From Xanthobacteraceae bacterium (GTDB lineage Bacteria; Pseudomonadota; Alphaproteobacteria; Rhizobiales; Xanthobacteraceae), in NCBI GenBank assembly GCA_035716025.1, contig DASTKH010000041.1, positions 177,426-241,425 on the forward strand: DNA of 64,000 nucleotides, written 5' to 3'. The notes under the pieces were generated by a model. That model was not told the origin of the DNA. It was given only the letters and a program-made list of their open reading frames with translations, and did not search any database. The number at the start of each line of letters is the position of its first letter. Within the stretch, counting starts at the first letter, position 1. A program made the position numbers and the translations under genes. Below are positions 10,018-18,789 of this stretch, piece after piece.

Positions 10018-11556
10018 ATGACGTTCACGCGCCGGTCTTTGATCGGCGGGGCGCTGGCCGCCGTTGCGGCCGCAGGCCCCGCGCGGGGACAGCCGCGGCG
10101 GCGGACGAGCCCGCCGCAGGGCGAGACACAGCCGGCGGCTCCCACGCAGGGCGCGATGCCCGCGCTTTATGTGCGCGAGTCGATTGCGCTGCAAATTCGT
10201 TACAAATCGCCCCTCATCGAGGCGTTCCGGCGCGGCGTCGACGCCATGATGCGCCTGCCGACCTGGGACCGGCGAAACTGGTGGTTCCAGGCCTATATGT
10301 ACGGCGTTGCGGCGCGCCAGATTCCCCCGGAGATGCAGACTGCTGCGGCGGCGCATTTCAACAAAAGCGCGCAACGAAACTTCTTCTTCCTCGCCTGGAA
10401 CCGCATGCATCTCTACTTTCTGGAGCGCATCCTGCGCGCGGCGAGCGGGGATTCGCGCTTCGTGCTGCCCTATTGGGCGTTCGAGGACGAGGCGCAGTCG
10501 CGTGTGCCTGCGGTCTTTCTCCCCGATCCGGCCGAGCTCGCGCCCGGCGCCGACCCTTACGCGCGGCGCAATGCGCTCGCGCGCGCCTTGCGGCATCCGC
10601 AGATCGATCGCGGACTTGCGGGTTTGCGCAGCGATCTTCCCGCGCGCTGCGCCGCCGTGCTGCAGCTCGCGAGCTTTGCAACGCGCGACAAGGACGATCC
10701 GGGACAGGCGTTCGGCGGGATCGTCACGCAGAATCCGGCGGAAGGCGGCGGCATCGGCGGGCTTGAGGCGATCCACAACGACGTGCACGACACGCTCGGC
10801 CTGTTCGGCGGCGACCTGGGTTCCGTGCTGACGGCCGCGCGCGACCCGCTCTTCTGGGTGATCCATGCCAATCTCGATCGGCTCTGGTCGAAGTGGATCG
10901 ATCCCGCGCGCGGCCGCGATCTGCCCACGCTCGATCCCTATTGGATGAATACCGCCTTCACCTTCGTGGACGAGGAGGGGCGCGAGGTGCGGATGTCGGG
11001 CGCGCATATCGTCGATGCACAATACCTGCTGCGCTATCGCTACGAGGACGAGCCGCCGCGGCCCGCCCCGCTCGCCTTCGCGCAGACCGTCCCGCGCCGC
11101 ATGCCTTCGCGAACCGCGAAACTGGTGGCGCGGCTCGGCGCGATGCAACTTGGCGCGCGCGACAACCGCATGGCCTTTGCCGCCGTCGTGCCGCTGACGA
11201 TGGCGGAAGTGCAGTCGAACACTTTTCGCCTCGTCTTGCGGGACGTTTCGGCGCGCGACCGCACGTCGCCCTACGACGTGCTGCTCGGCGCGGGCGTGGC
11301 TCTTCCCGTCACCGTCGGAACGCTTGCGCTCTACGCCGGCGGCCGCGCGGAGCGTTCCGCGTCCGCCGGCCCGGTGACGGCGAGCTTTGATGCGACCGGA
11401 GCCGTTCGGCAGCTCGCGCGTGCGGTCGGCGCCTCGCTCGCCGGCCTCGGAGTCATCGTCCTGCGGCGTGGCCTCGCCGACGCATCGGGACAGGAACTCG
11501 TGAGCGCGGACCCCGATCCGCCGACCATCGGAGCCATCGAACTCGCGATGGGCTAA
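10018..11556 (+). CDS. Tat-exported tyrosinase/polyphenol-oxidase-family protein with a PPO-like C-terminal domain and an atypical CuA region
   Basis: Twin-arginine signal MTFTRRSLIGGALAAVAAAG. CuB motifs HNDVH and FWVIHANLDRLW. PPO-like PYWAFED and DPYWMNTAFTFVDEEGREV (DWL-like) motifs. The CuA block reads QAYMYG...AQRNFFFLAWNRMHLYFLERIL (see findings). Confidence 0.8.
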   Translation: MTFTRRSLIGGALAAVAAAGPARGQPRRRTSPPQGETQPAAPTQGAMPALYVRESIALQIRYKSPLIEAFRRGVDAMMRLPTWDRRNWWFQAYMYGVAARQIPPEMQTAAAAHFNKSAQRNFFFLAWNRMHLYFLERILRAASGDSRFVLPYWAFEDEAQSRVPAVFLPDPAELAPGADPYARRNALARALRHPQIDRGLAGLRSDLPARCAAVLQLASFATRDKDDPGQAFGGIVTQNPAEGGGIGGLEAIHNDVHDTLGLFGGDLGSVLTAARDPLFWVIHANLDRLWSKWIDPARGRDLPTLDPYWMNTAFTFVDEEGREVRMSGAHIVDAQYLLRYRYEDEPPRPAPLAFAQTVPRRMPSRTAKLVARLGAMQLGARDNRMAFAAVVPLTMAEVQSNTFRLVLRDVSARDRTSPYDVLLGAGVALPVTVGTLALYAGGRAERSASAGPVTASFDATGAVRQLARAVGASLAGLGVIVLRRGLADASGQELVSADPDPPTIGAIELAMG

Positions 11557-11685
11557 GTCAAGGCGCGCACGCAAGGCCGGTGCGCAGGCGCGGCCGCTCG
11601 GCATGGGCCGGTCCGGCCGCCCCGCCGAAAGGTGGTTTGCAGGGTCTTCCGCCGTGTCTAGGATGGTGCGACGGAAGGATCGAAC

Positions 11686-12051
11686 ATGCTGCGAATGACC
11701 GGGTTTTCCTCCATCGCCAACGCGCCCGAGGAACACATCAGCGACAAGATTTCGCGGCGCGTGATCTCCGGCGAGCAGTGCATGATCGTGTGGTGGACGA
11801 TCCTGGCGGGCGCGCATGCGGCCGCGCACAGCCATCCGCACGAACAGATTTTCTGGATGCTGTCCGGCAGGATGGACATGCGCATCGGCAGCGAGCGGCG
11901 TGTTTGCGGCCCCGGAGAGGTCGGCGTTATTCCGGCCGGCGTTGAGCACGAGGCCTGGTTTCCCGAAGACACGCAGGTGATCGATATTTTCGCGCCTCCC
12001 CGCGAAGATTTCCTCGCCGGCGGGCCGCCGCCCTATATGCGAGCGGACTGA
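11686..12051 (+). CDS. Cupin domain protein
   Basis: 121 aa with cupin motifs GAHAAAHSHPHEQIFWMLSG and GEVGVIPAGVEHEA. Confidence 0.75.
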   Translation: MLRMTGFSSIANAPEEHISDKISRRVISGEQCMIVWWTILAGAHAAAHSHPHEQIFWMLSGRMDMRIGSERRVCGPGEVGVIPAGVEHEAWFPEDTQVIDIFAPPREDFLAGGPPPYMRAD

Positions 12052-12127
12052 CGGACGGCGCGGCGTCCCGCTGGCACGATTCTGGCCGGGATCGTTGACA
12101 GGTCTGCGGCGCGGCGCGCCTGGGGCC

Positions 12128-12964
12128 CTACTCGGAGAGCGCCTTTTTGATCGCCAGCATGTCGCGCCAAGCATGGCGCTTGTCGAGCGGCGAGCGCAAC
12201 AGATAGGCGGGGTGGAAGGTCGCAATGGCACGAATTTCGCGCCGTCCCGTGTGATAAGAAAACCAGCGGCCGCGCGTGCGCTTGATGCCGTCGCTGACGC
12301 CGAGCAGCGCGGCGGTCGAAGGTTTGCCGAGGCACACCAAGACGGCCGGATCGACCAGTTCGATCTGCCGCCGGATGAACGGCAGGCAGATCTGGGTCTC
12401 CTGGAGGGAGGGGTCGCGATTCCCGGGCGGTCGCCAGGGGATGATGTTGGCGATATAGGCGCTGCGCCGGTCGAGCCCGATCGCCGCCATCATGCGGTCC
12501 AACAACTGGCCGGACCGGCCGACGAAGGGCAGTCCGGCGAGATCTTCCTCGCGGCCGGGGGCCTCTCCGACGAACATCAGCCGCGCCCGTGGATTCCCGT
12601 CGGCAAAGACAAGCTGTTTTGCCATGAATTTCAGCGGGCAGCCGTCGAAATTCTCCAAAATTGCCCGCAAGTCCTCAAGGGTGGCGGCGGATGCGGCGGC
12701 CTCGCGCGCCTGCATGGTGGCAAGGTCGGGGGAGAGGGGCGCACGAGCAGTCGCATTCGCGAGGGAGGCGGGGCTGCGCGCCGCCTCGGCCGGAACTGCC
12801 GGAAGGCGCTGTGCCGCCGGGTTATCCGGGCTCTGTGCCTCTTGAAGCGGGGTGCTGGCGGCGGCCAGCCGGTCGATCGGTTCCTCGCCAACCAGGCTTT
12901 CGACGCCTGCTTCGACGTAGAAGGCGAGCAATTCGCGTGCGGCGCGGGCTTCCTCGGGAGTCAT
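12128..12964 (-). CDS. Uracil-DNA glycosylase, family 4
   Basis: Motif LMFVGEAPGREEDLAGLPFVGRSGQLLD and C-terminal HPAYLLR, with an N-terminal Ala/Pro-rich extension. Confidence 0.85.
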   Translation of the reverse strand: MTPEEARAARELLAFYVEAGVESLVGEEPIDRLAAASTPLQEAQSPDNPAAQRLPAVPAEAARSPASLANATARAPLSPDLATMQAREAAASAATLEDLRAILENFDGCPLKFMAKQLVFADGNPRARLMFVGEAPGREEDLAGLPFVGRSGQLLDRMMAAIGLDRRSAYIANIIPWRPPGNRDPSLQETQICLPFIRRQIELVDPAVLVCLGKPSTAALLGVSDGIKRTRGRWFSYHTGRREIRAIATFHPAYLLRSPLDKRHAWRDMLAIKKALSE

Positions 12965-13155
12965 GGCGCCATTCTAGCGGATTGCGCGGGTGCTTTCCGC
13001 ATCCGCCGCGCGGACCGCGCCGACGCGGACGGGTGCCTTACGTCGTTTCCCTGGGCCGCCCGGCCGCATTGCCGGGCGGGCGCAAACGTGGAAAAAGGCG
13101 CAGCGAACGGAAGAAAACCGCTGAACGTCCGATTCGGCCCATTTCGAGGGAACGC

Positions 13156-14811
13156 ATGTCCGAAAGCGAGCTGCCGCCGCGCGAATCCATGGAATTCGAC
13201 GTCGTGATCGTCGGCGCCGGCCCGGCCGGACTGTCCGCCGCGATCCGCCTGAAGCAACTTGCGCCGGAACTCGGCGTGGTTGTCGTGGAGAAGGGCTCCG
13301 AGGTCGGCGCCCACATCCTTTCCGGCGCGGTGATCGATCCCGTCGCGCTCGACCGGCTTCTGCCCGGCTGGCGCGAGGAGGACAGCCCGATTCAGACGTC
13401 CGTCACCGACGACCGCTTCTACTGGCTCGGCGCCTCGGGCGCGCTGCGTCTGCCCAACGTGATGATGCCGCCGCTGATGAGCAATCACGGCAACTTCATC
13501 GTCTCGCTCGGGGAGGTCTGCCGTTGGCTTGCCGGCAAGGCGGAGGCGCTGGGCGTCGAAATCTACCCCGGCTTTGCCGCCGCGGAAGTCCTGTTCGGCG
13601 AACAGGGAGAGGTGGTCGGGATCGCCACGGGCGACATGGGCATCGGCAAGGACGGCCGGCCAAAGGAGTCCTTCGCCCGCGGCATGGAGCTGCGCGCGAA
13701 ATACACTCTGTTCGCGGAGGGCGCGCGCGGCAGTCTCACCAAGGGACTGATCGCCCGGTTCGGGCTCGATCAGGGGCGCGAACCGCCCAAATTCGGCATC
13801 GGCCTCAAGGAACTGTGGCAGGTCGCACCGCATCGCCACCGCCGGGGCCTCGTCCAGCATACGTTCGGCTGGCCGCTCGACAACCGCACCGGCGGAGGCT
13901 CTTTCCTCTATCACTGGGGCGAGGGGCTCGTGTCGGTGGGTTTCGTGGTGCACCTCAATTATCAAAACCCTTGGTTGTCGCCCTTCGACGAATTCCAGCG
14001 CTTCAAGACCCATCCGCTCGTGCGCGATACGTTCGAGGGCGGCCGGCGGCTGGTTTATGGCGCGCGCGCCATCACCGAGGGCGGTTACCAGTCCGTGCCG
14101 AAGCTCACTTTTCCCGGCGGGGCGCTTATCGGCTGCGCGGCGGGGTTCGTCAACGTGCCGCGAATCAAGGGCACCCACAATGCCATGCTGTCCGGCATGC
14201 TGGCGGCCGAGCACGTCGTCGCGGCGCTTGCCGAGGGCCGGGCGAACGACGAGCTGTCGGCCTACGAAACCGAATGGCGCGGGTCGGCGATCGGCCGTGA
14301 TCTGTGGAAGGTCCGCAACGTCAAGCCGCTGTGGTCGAAATTCGGAACCGTGCTGGGGGTAGTGCTCGGCGGTTTCGACATGTGGAGCAATACGCTCGGA
14401 TTTTCCCTGTTCGGCACCCTCGGCCACGGCAAGCGTGACGCCGAGACTCTGAAACCGGCCGCCGAAATGCCCCGCATTTCCTATCCGAAGCCGGACGGGA
14501 CGTTGACCTTCGACAAGCTTTCCTCGGTCTTCCTCTCGAACACGAACCATGAGGAGGACCAGCCGGTGCACCTTCAGGTGAAGGACATGAACCTTCAGAA
14601 GGTTTCGGAGCACGACGTCTATGGCGGGCCGTCGCAGCGCTATTGTCCTGCGGGCGTTTACGAATGGGTGGAGGAAGGTGGCGCCCCGCGCTTCGTGATC
14701 AATGCGCAGAACTGCGTGCACTGCAAGACTTGTGATATAAAGGACCCGAACCGCAACATCACATGGGTGCCGCCCGAGGGCGGAGGCGGCCCGAACTACC
14801 CGAACATGTGA
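13156..14811 (+). CDS. Electron transfer flavoprotein-ubiquinone oxidoreductase (ETF-QO)
   Basis: FAD fingerprint DVVIVGAGPAGLSAA and a C-terminal 4Fe-4S ferredoxin-like motif CPAGVYE...NCVHCKTCDIKDP ending in PEGGGGPNY. The start is at the in-frame ATG 13156 within track ORF 12661..14811. Confidence 0.9.
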   Translation: MSESELPPRESMEFDVVIVGAGPAGLSAAIRLKQLAPELGVVVVEKGSEVGAHILSGAVIDPVALDRLLPGWREEDSPIQTSVTDDRFYWLGASGALRLPNVMMPPLMSNHGNFIVSLGEVCRWLAGKAEALGVEIYPGFAAAEVLFGEQGEVVGIATGDMGIGKDGRPKESFARGMELRAKYTLFAEGARGSLTKGLIARFGLDQGREPPKFGIGLKELWQVAPHRHRRGLVQHTFGWPLDNRTGGGSFLYHWGEGLVSVGFVVHLNYQNPWLSPFDEFQRFKTHPLVRDTFEGGRRLVYGARAITEGGYQSVPKLTFPGGALIGCAAGFVNVPRIKGTHNAMLSGMLAAEHVVAALAEGRANDELSAYETEWRGSAIGRDLWKVRNVKPLWSKFGTVLGVVLGGFDMWSNTLGFSLFGTLGHGKRDAETLKPAAEMPRISYPKPDGTLTFDKLSSVFLSNTNHEEDQPVHLQVKDMNLQKVSEHDVYGGPSQRYCPAGVYEWVEEGGAPRFVINAQNCVHCKTCDIKDPNRNITWVPPEGGGGPNYPNM

Positions 14812-14851
14812 TCCGGAAATCCGCCCCGGCCGCGGAAGCCGTAAACTTCGC

Positions 14852-16729
14852 GTGCGCGCGGCCTTCGGCCTTAAAAGGGCCATTCTGCGCGCCAACGCCG
14901 TATGCCGGCAGCCTGGGAGATCCGCCGACGTGACCCATTCGATCCTCATTCGGAGCGCCGCCGTCCTCCTCTTGGTCGGCTGCATGGTGCCGGCTGCGGC
15001 CGCGCAGAAAACCGAGATTTCTGCGCTCGAAAGGCCGACGCCGCTCACCCAGCAACAGCTTGCGCGCTTGTCGCCGTCGGGAAGCTATCTCGCCGCGCGC
15101 CACGCCGGCATGCAGCGGGACAATGCCGCGGCGGCCGCATACTATCGTGCCGCGCTGAAGGCCGATCCGCACAATCCCGAATTGCTGGAGCGGACATTTC
15201 TCTCGCTTGTGCTCGACGGCGAAGTGGACGAGGCCGCGAAACTGGCCGAACGCGTGATCCAGGTGGACCGCACCCACCGTATCGCCCGGCTGGTGCTCGG
15301 CGTGCGTGGCATCAAGACCAGGCACTACGGTTCGGCGCGCCAGCACCTCGCGCTTTCCGTGCGCGGTCCGATCGCGGACCTGACTGCGACCTTGCTGATC
15401 GGTTGGGCGGAACTCGGCGCGGGCGACAGCCGCGGTGCCGTCGATGCGATCGACAAGCTCACGGGCCCGGATTGGTACGCGATCTTCAAAGACCTCCATA
15501 CCGGGCTCATCCTCGATCTCGCCGGCAAGCGCCGCGAGGCCGGAAAGCGGCTGGAGGCGGCCTACAAGCGCGACAGCAATGCCCTGCGGGCCGTCGAGGC
15601 CTATGGCCGCTGGGCGGCGCGCCAAGGCAAGAAGGAGGAAGCGCTCGCGGTCTTCGAAAAGTTCGACAAGCTTCTGCCCCGCCACCCGCTGATCGTCGAG
15701 GAGATGGACAGCCTCAAGAAGGGCGGCAAACTGCCGCCTCTCGTCGATTCGGCGCAGGCCGGCGCCGCCGAAGTTCTCTACGGGCTCGGCGCCTCGCTCG
15801 GCCGACAGGGCGGCGAAGATTTGAGCATCCTCTATCTGCAGCTTGCTCTCTATCTGCAGCCGAAGCACGGGCTCGCGCTGCTGTCGCTGGCGGATCTCTA
15901 CGAGAACCTCAAGAAGCCCGAGCTTGCGATCCGCACCTACGAACAGGTGCCGCAGGACTCGCCGCTGCGCCGCAACGCGGAAATCCAGCTCAGCGTCAAT
16001 TACGACGCGATCGAGCGGACGGATGAAGCGAAAAACCGCCTGAGGGCCCTGGTCGAGACCCATCCCGACGACGTCGAGGCGATCATGGCGCTCGGAAACA
16101 TTCTCCGGGCGCGCAAGGAATTTCACGCCTGCGGCGACGTCTACAGCAAGGCCATCGCCACGATCGACCAGCCGGAAAAGGCCCATTGGCTCGTCTTTTA
16201 TTTCCGCGGCATCTGCTACGAGCGTGACAAGCAGTGGGCGAAGGCCGAGGCCGACTTGAAGAAGGCCCTGGAGCTCTATCCGGACCAGCCGCACGTGTTG
16301 AACTATCTCGGCTATTCCTGGATCGATCAGGGCGTGAACCTCGAAGAGGGCATGCAGATGATCCGCAAAGCCGTCGAACAGCGGCCCGACGACGGCTACA
16401 TCGTGGATTCGCTCGGCTGGGCCTATTACCGCATCGGCGATTACGAGGAGGCCGTGAAGCATCTCGAGCGCGCGGTCGAGCTCAAGCCGGAGGACCCGAC
16501 CATCAACGACCACCTCGGCGATGTGTATTGGCGGATCGGCCGCACGCTCGAGGCACGTTTCCAGTGGTCGCACGCGCGCGATCTCAAGCCGGAGCCCGAC
16601 GACCTCAAGAAAATCGAAGCGAAGCTGAAGCACGGGCTGACCGACGGCGAGCCGACCTCCGCGGCGCAGGCCGAGAAGGAGAAGCCCGCCGAGCCGGCTC
16701 CGCCGGCCAAGTCGGACAACGGGGGCTGA
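14852..16729 (+). CDS. TPR-repeat (lipo)protein
   Basis: Multiple TPR-like repeats (AAAYYRAALKADPHNPE..., EADLKKALELYPDQPHVLNYLGYSW, EEAVKHLERAVELKPEDP). A lipobox-like LLLVGC follows a possible GTG start at 14930. The C-terminus is low-complexity. Confidence 0.8.
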   Translation: MRAAFGLKRAILRANAVCRQPGRSADVTHSILIRSAAVLLLVGCMVPAAAAQKTEISALERPTPLTQQQLARLSPSGSYLAARHAGMQRDNAAAAAYYRAALKADPHNPELLERTFLSLVLDGEVDEAAKLAERVIQVDRTHRIARLVLGVRGIKTRHYGSARQHLALSVRGPIADLTATLLIGWAELGAGDSRGAVDAIDKLTGPDWYAIFKDLHTGLILDLAGKRREAGKRLEAAYKRDSNALRAVEAYGRWAARQGKKEEALAVFEKFDKLLPRHPLIVEEMDSLKKGGKLPPLVDSAQAGAAEVLYGLGASLGRQGGEDLSILYLQLALYLQPKHGLALLSLADLYENLKKPELAIRTYEQVPQDSPLRRNAEIQLSVNYDAIERTDEAKNRLRALVETHPDDVEAIMALGNILRARKEFHACGDVYSKAIATIDQPEKAHWLVFYFRGICYERDKQWAKAEADLKKALELYPDQPHVLNYLGYSWIDQGVNLEEGMQMIRKAVEQRPDDGYIVDSLGWAYYRIGDYEEAVKHLERAVELKPEDPTINDHLGDVYWRIGRTLEARFQWSHARDLKPEPDDLKKIEAKLKHGLTDGEPTSAAQAEKEKPAEPAPPAKSDNGG

Positions 16730-16733
16730 TCCG

Positions 16734-17726
16734 TTGGTCGACCGTTCCGCCGCGGGCCCGGCCCCGGTGGTGGAATTCGCCCCGGCAAAGGTGAACCTCA
16801 CGCTCGCCGTGCGGGGGCGCCGCGAGGACGGCTATCACGCGCTCGAAAGTCTCGTCGCCTTCGCAGCGGTGGGCGACCGGCTGGTGCTGCAAGCGGGTCC
16901 GACGCCTGCCCTCAGCATCGAAGGGCGGTTCGCCGGTGCGGCGGGTCCGGTCGAGGACAATTTGGTGCTGAGGGCCGCGCGGGCGCTGGCCGCGCGGGTC
17001 GAGGGCCTTAAACTCGGCACCTTCGCTTTGACGAAATGTTTGCCCGTCGCGGCGGGGCTCGGCGGCGGCTCTGCGGACGCCGCGGCGGCGTTGCGACTCC
17101 TCGCCCGGCTCAATGGCCTTGACCGTAACGACCCGCGGCTCCGCGCTGCGGCCGCAGCGTGCGGCGCGGATGTCCCCGTGTGTCTTTCGCCCTGCTCGCG
17201 GTGGATGGGCGGCACGGGAGACGTCCTGTCGCAGCCGATCGCATTGCCGGTACTGCCGGCGGTGCTCGTCAATCCGGCCGTGGCGCTGCCGACCCGCGAT
17301 GTTTTCGCGGCGCTCGAGGCCGGGCCCGCAGGCGCGGACGGAGCCGTTTCGCCTGCGTTCCCGACTGTCCCTTCCGACAACCGGGAACTCGTCGCCTTCC
17401 TTGCGAAAAGCGGCAACGATCTCGAGCCCGCCGCGGTCGCGCTCGCGCCCGTGATCGCCGACGTCCTGGCTCGGCTGCGGGCGTTCGAAGGTGTGCGGCT
17501 TGCCCGCATGTCGGGCTCTGGCGCGACCTGTTTCGGGCTTTTCGAGAGCGAGGACGCTGCGGAACGCGCGGCTTGCGCGCTGCGGGCGGAGCGGCCGCGC
17601 TGGTGGATTCGGGCCACCACGCTCGGCGGCGCTGTCCCGCTGCGGGAGGCGGAGGACCTCTCGGCGCCCGGCGCTAGTGCGCGCGCGAGATGCAAAACTC
17701 GACGGCTTCCGTCATCGCCGCCTTGA
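16734..17726 (+). CDS. ispE: 4-diphosphocytidyl-2-C-methyl-D-erythritol kinase
   Basis: APAKVNLTLAVRGRREDGYHALESL and the GHMP motif PVAAGLGGGSADAAAAL. The start is uncertain: TTG 16734 or a downstream GTG. The 3' end overlaps the convergent ispB by 53 nt. Confidence 0.85.
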   Translation: MVDRSAAGPAPVVEFAPAKVNLTLAVRGRREDGYHALESLVAFAAVGDRLVLQAGPTPALSIEGRFAGAAGPVEDNLVLRAARALAARVEGLKLGTFALTKCLPVAAGLGGGSADAAAALRLLARLNGLDRNDPRLRAAAAACGADVPVCLSPCSRWMGGTGDVLSQPIALPVLPAVLVNPAVALPTRDVFAALEAGPAGADGAVSPAFPTVPSDNRELVAFLAKSGNDLEPAAVALAPVIADVLARLRAFEGVRLARMSGSGATCFGLFESEDAAERAACALRAERPRWWIRATTLGGAVPLREAEDLSAPGASARARCKTRRLPSSPP

Positions 17727-18684
17727 TCCCTGAATCCGGGAACAAGGCGAGTGCGTCCTTGGCGATGGCGCCGTAATGCTGGGCGCGTTTGACGGTGTCT
17801 TCCAGCGCCCGGTGACGGTTCATCAGCGCGATCGCCTCTTCGAGGTCGTCGTCGCGGATGTCGCTCCGCTCGAGCGTCCGACGCCAGAATTCGCGTTCCG
17901 ATTCGGTGCCGCGCCGATAGGCCAGCACGACCGGCAGGGTGATCTTGCCCTCCCGAAAGTCGTCGCCCGTATTCTTGCCGAGCCGCGCACTTGCGCCGCC
18001 ATAATCGAGCGCGTCATCGATGAGCTGGAAGGCGATGCCGAGATTCATCCCGAACGAACGGCAGGCGGCCTGCTCGGCCTTGGGCAGGCCGGCGATGGCG
18101 GGCCCGACCTCGCAGGCTGCCGCGAACAGTTCCGCGGTCTTGGCGCGGATCACCGCCACGTATTCGTCCTCGGTGGTCGCCGTGTTCTTGGCGGCGGCGA
18201 GCTGCATGACTTCGCCTTCCGCGATGATCGCGGCCGCGTTCGAGAGGATTTCGAGAGCCCGCAGGGAGCCGACCTCCACCATCATCTTGAAAGCTTGGCC
18301 GAGCAGGAAGTCACCGACCAGCACGCTGGCTTCGTTGCCCCAGAGCATCCGGGCGGCGGCCTTGCCGCGCCGCATCTCGCTTTCGTCCACCACGTCGTCG
18401 TGGAGCAGGGTCGCGGTGTGCATGAACTCGACTGCGGCGGCGAGCTTGACGTGTCCCTTGCCCTGGTACCCGGCGATCTGCGCCATGGCGAGCGTCAGCA
18501 TCGGCCGCAGGCGCTTTCCGCCCGAATTGATGAGGTGGTTCGCCACCTCGGGGATCATGGTGACCTGCGAGCCCGTGCGATCCAGAATGGTGGCGTTGAC
18601 ACGCTCCATATCGGGTCCGACCAGCGCCGCAAGCGGCTCGATCGAGGCCTCGGGCTTGCTCTGGAAGGGAACGACGACGGCCAA
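17674..18684 (-). CDS. ispB: Polyprenyl (octaprenyl-type) diphosphate synthase
   Basis: 336 aa. First DDxxD motif in LLHDDVVDESEMRRGK, second in AFQLIDDALDY. Confidence 0.9.
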   Translation of the reverse strand: MAVVVPFQSKPEASIEPLAALVGPDMERVNATILDRTGSQVTMIPEVANHLINSGGKRLRPMLTLAMAQIAGYQGKGHVKLAAAVEFMHTATLLHDDVVDESEMRRGKAAARMLWGNEASVLVGDFLLGQAFKMMVEVGSLRALEILSNAAAIIAEGEVMQLAAAKNTATTEDEYVAVIRAKTAELFAAACEVGPAIAGLPKAEQAACRSFGMNLGIAFQLIDDALDYGGASARLGKNTGDDFREGKITLPVVLAYRRGTESEREFWRRTLERSDIRDDDLEEAIALMNRHRALEDTVKRAQHYGAIAKDALALFPDSGIKAAMTEAVEFCISRAH

Positions 18685-18789
18685 GTAACCCTCCGGGACG
18701 GCGGATGCCGCAATTGCGATGGCGCCGTCACAATAGAAACGGCATGGTGGTGGGGCAAGGGTCGGCTTTTCACCCCAGGGGCGCCATCA

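Noticed and set aside
9607-12231. Very long antisense ORFs. Examples: 9607..12231 minus (874 aa), 23118..25820 minus (900 aa), 12961..15048 minus, 14759..16801 minus, 5783..7450 minus, 2459..4183 minus, 44095..46209 minus, 46209..47636 minus, 57072..59231 plus, 61314..63482 plus and 37653..39506 minus.
   Set aside because: They lie opposite genes with unmistakable family motifs. They are Arg/Ala/Gly/Pro/His-rich with no recognisable domains. This is the expected stop-codon-poor shadow of GC-rich coding DNA.
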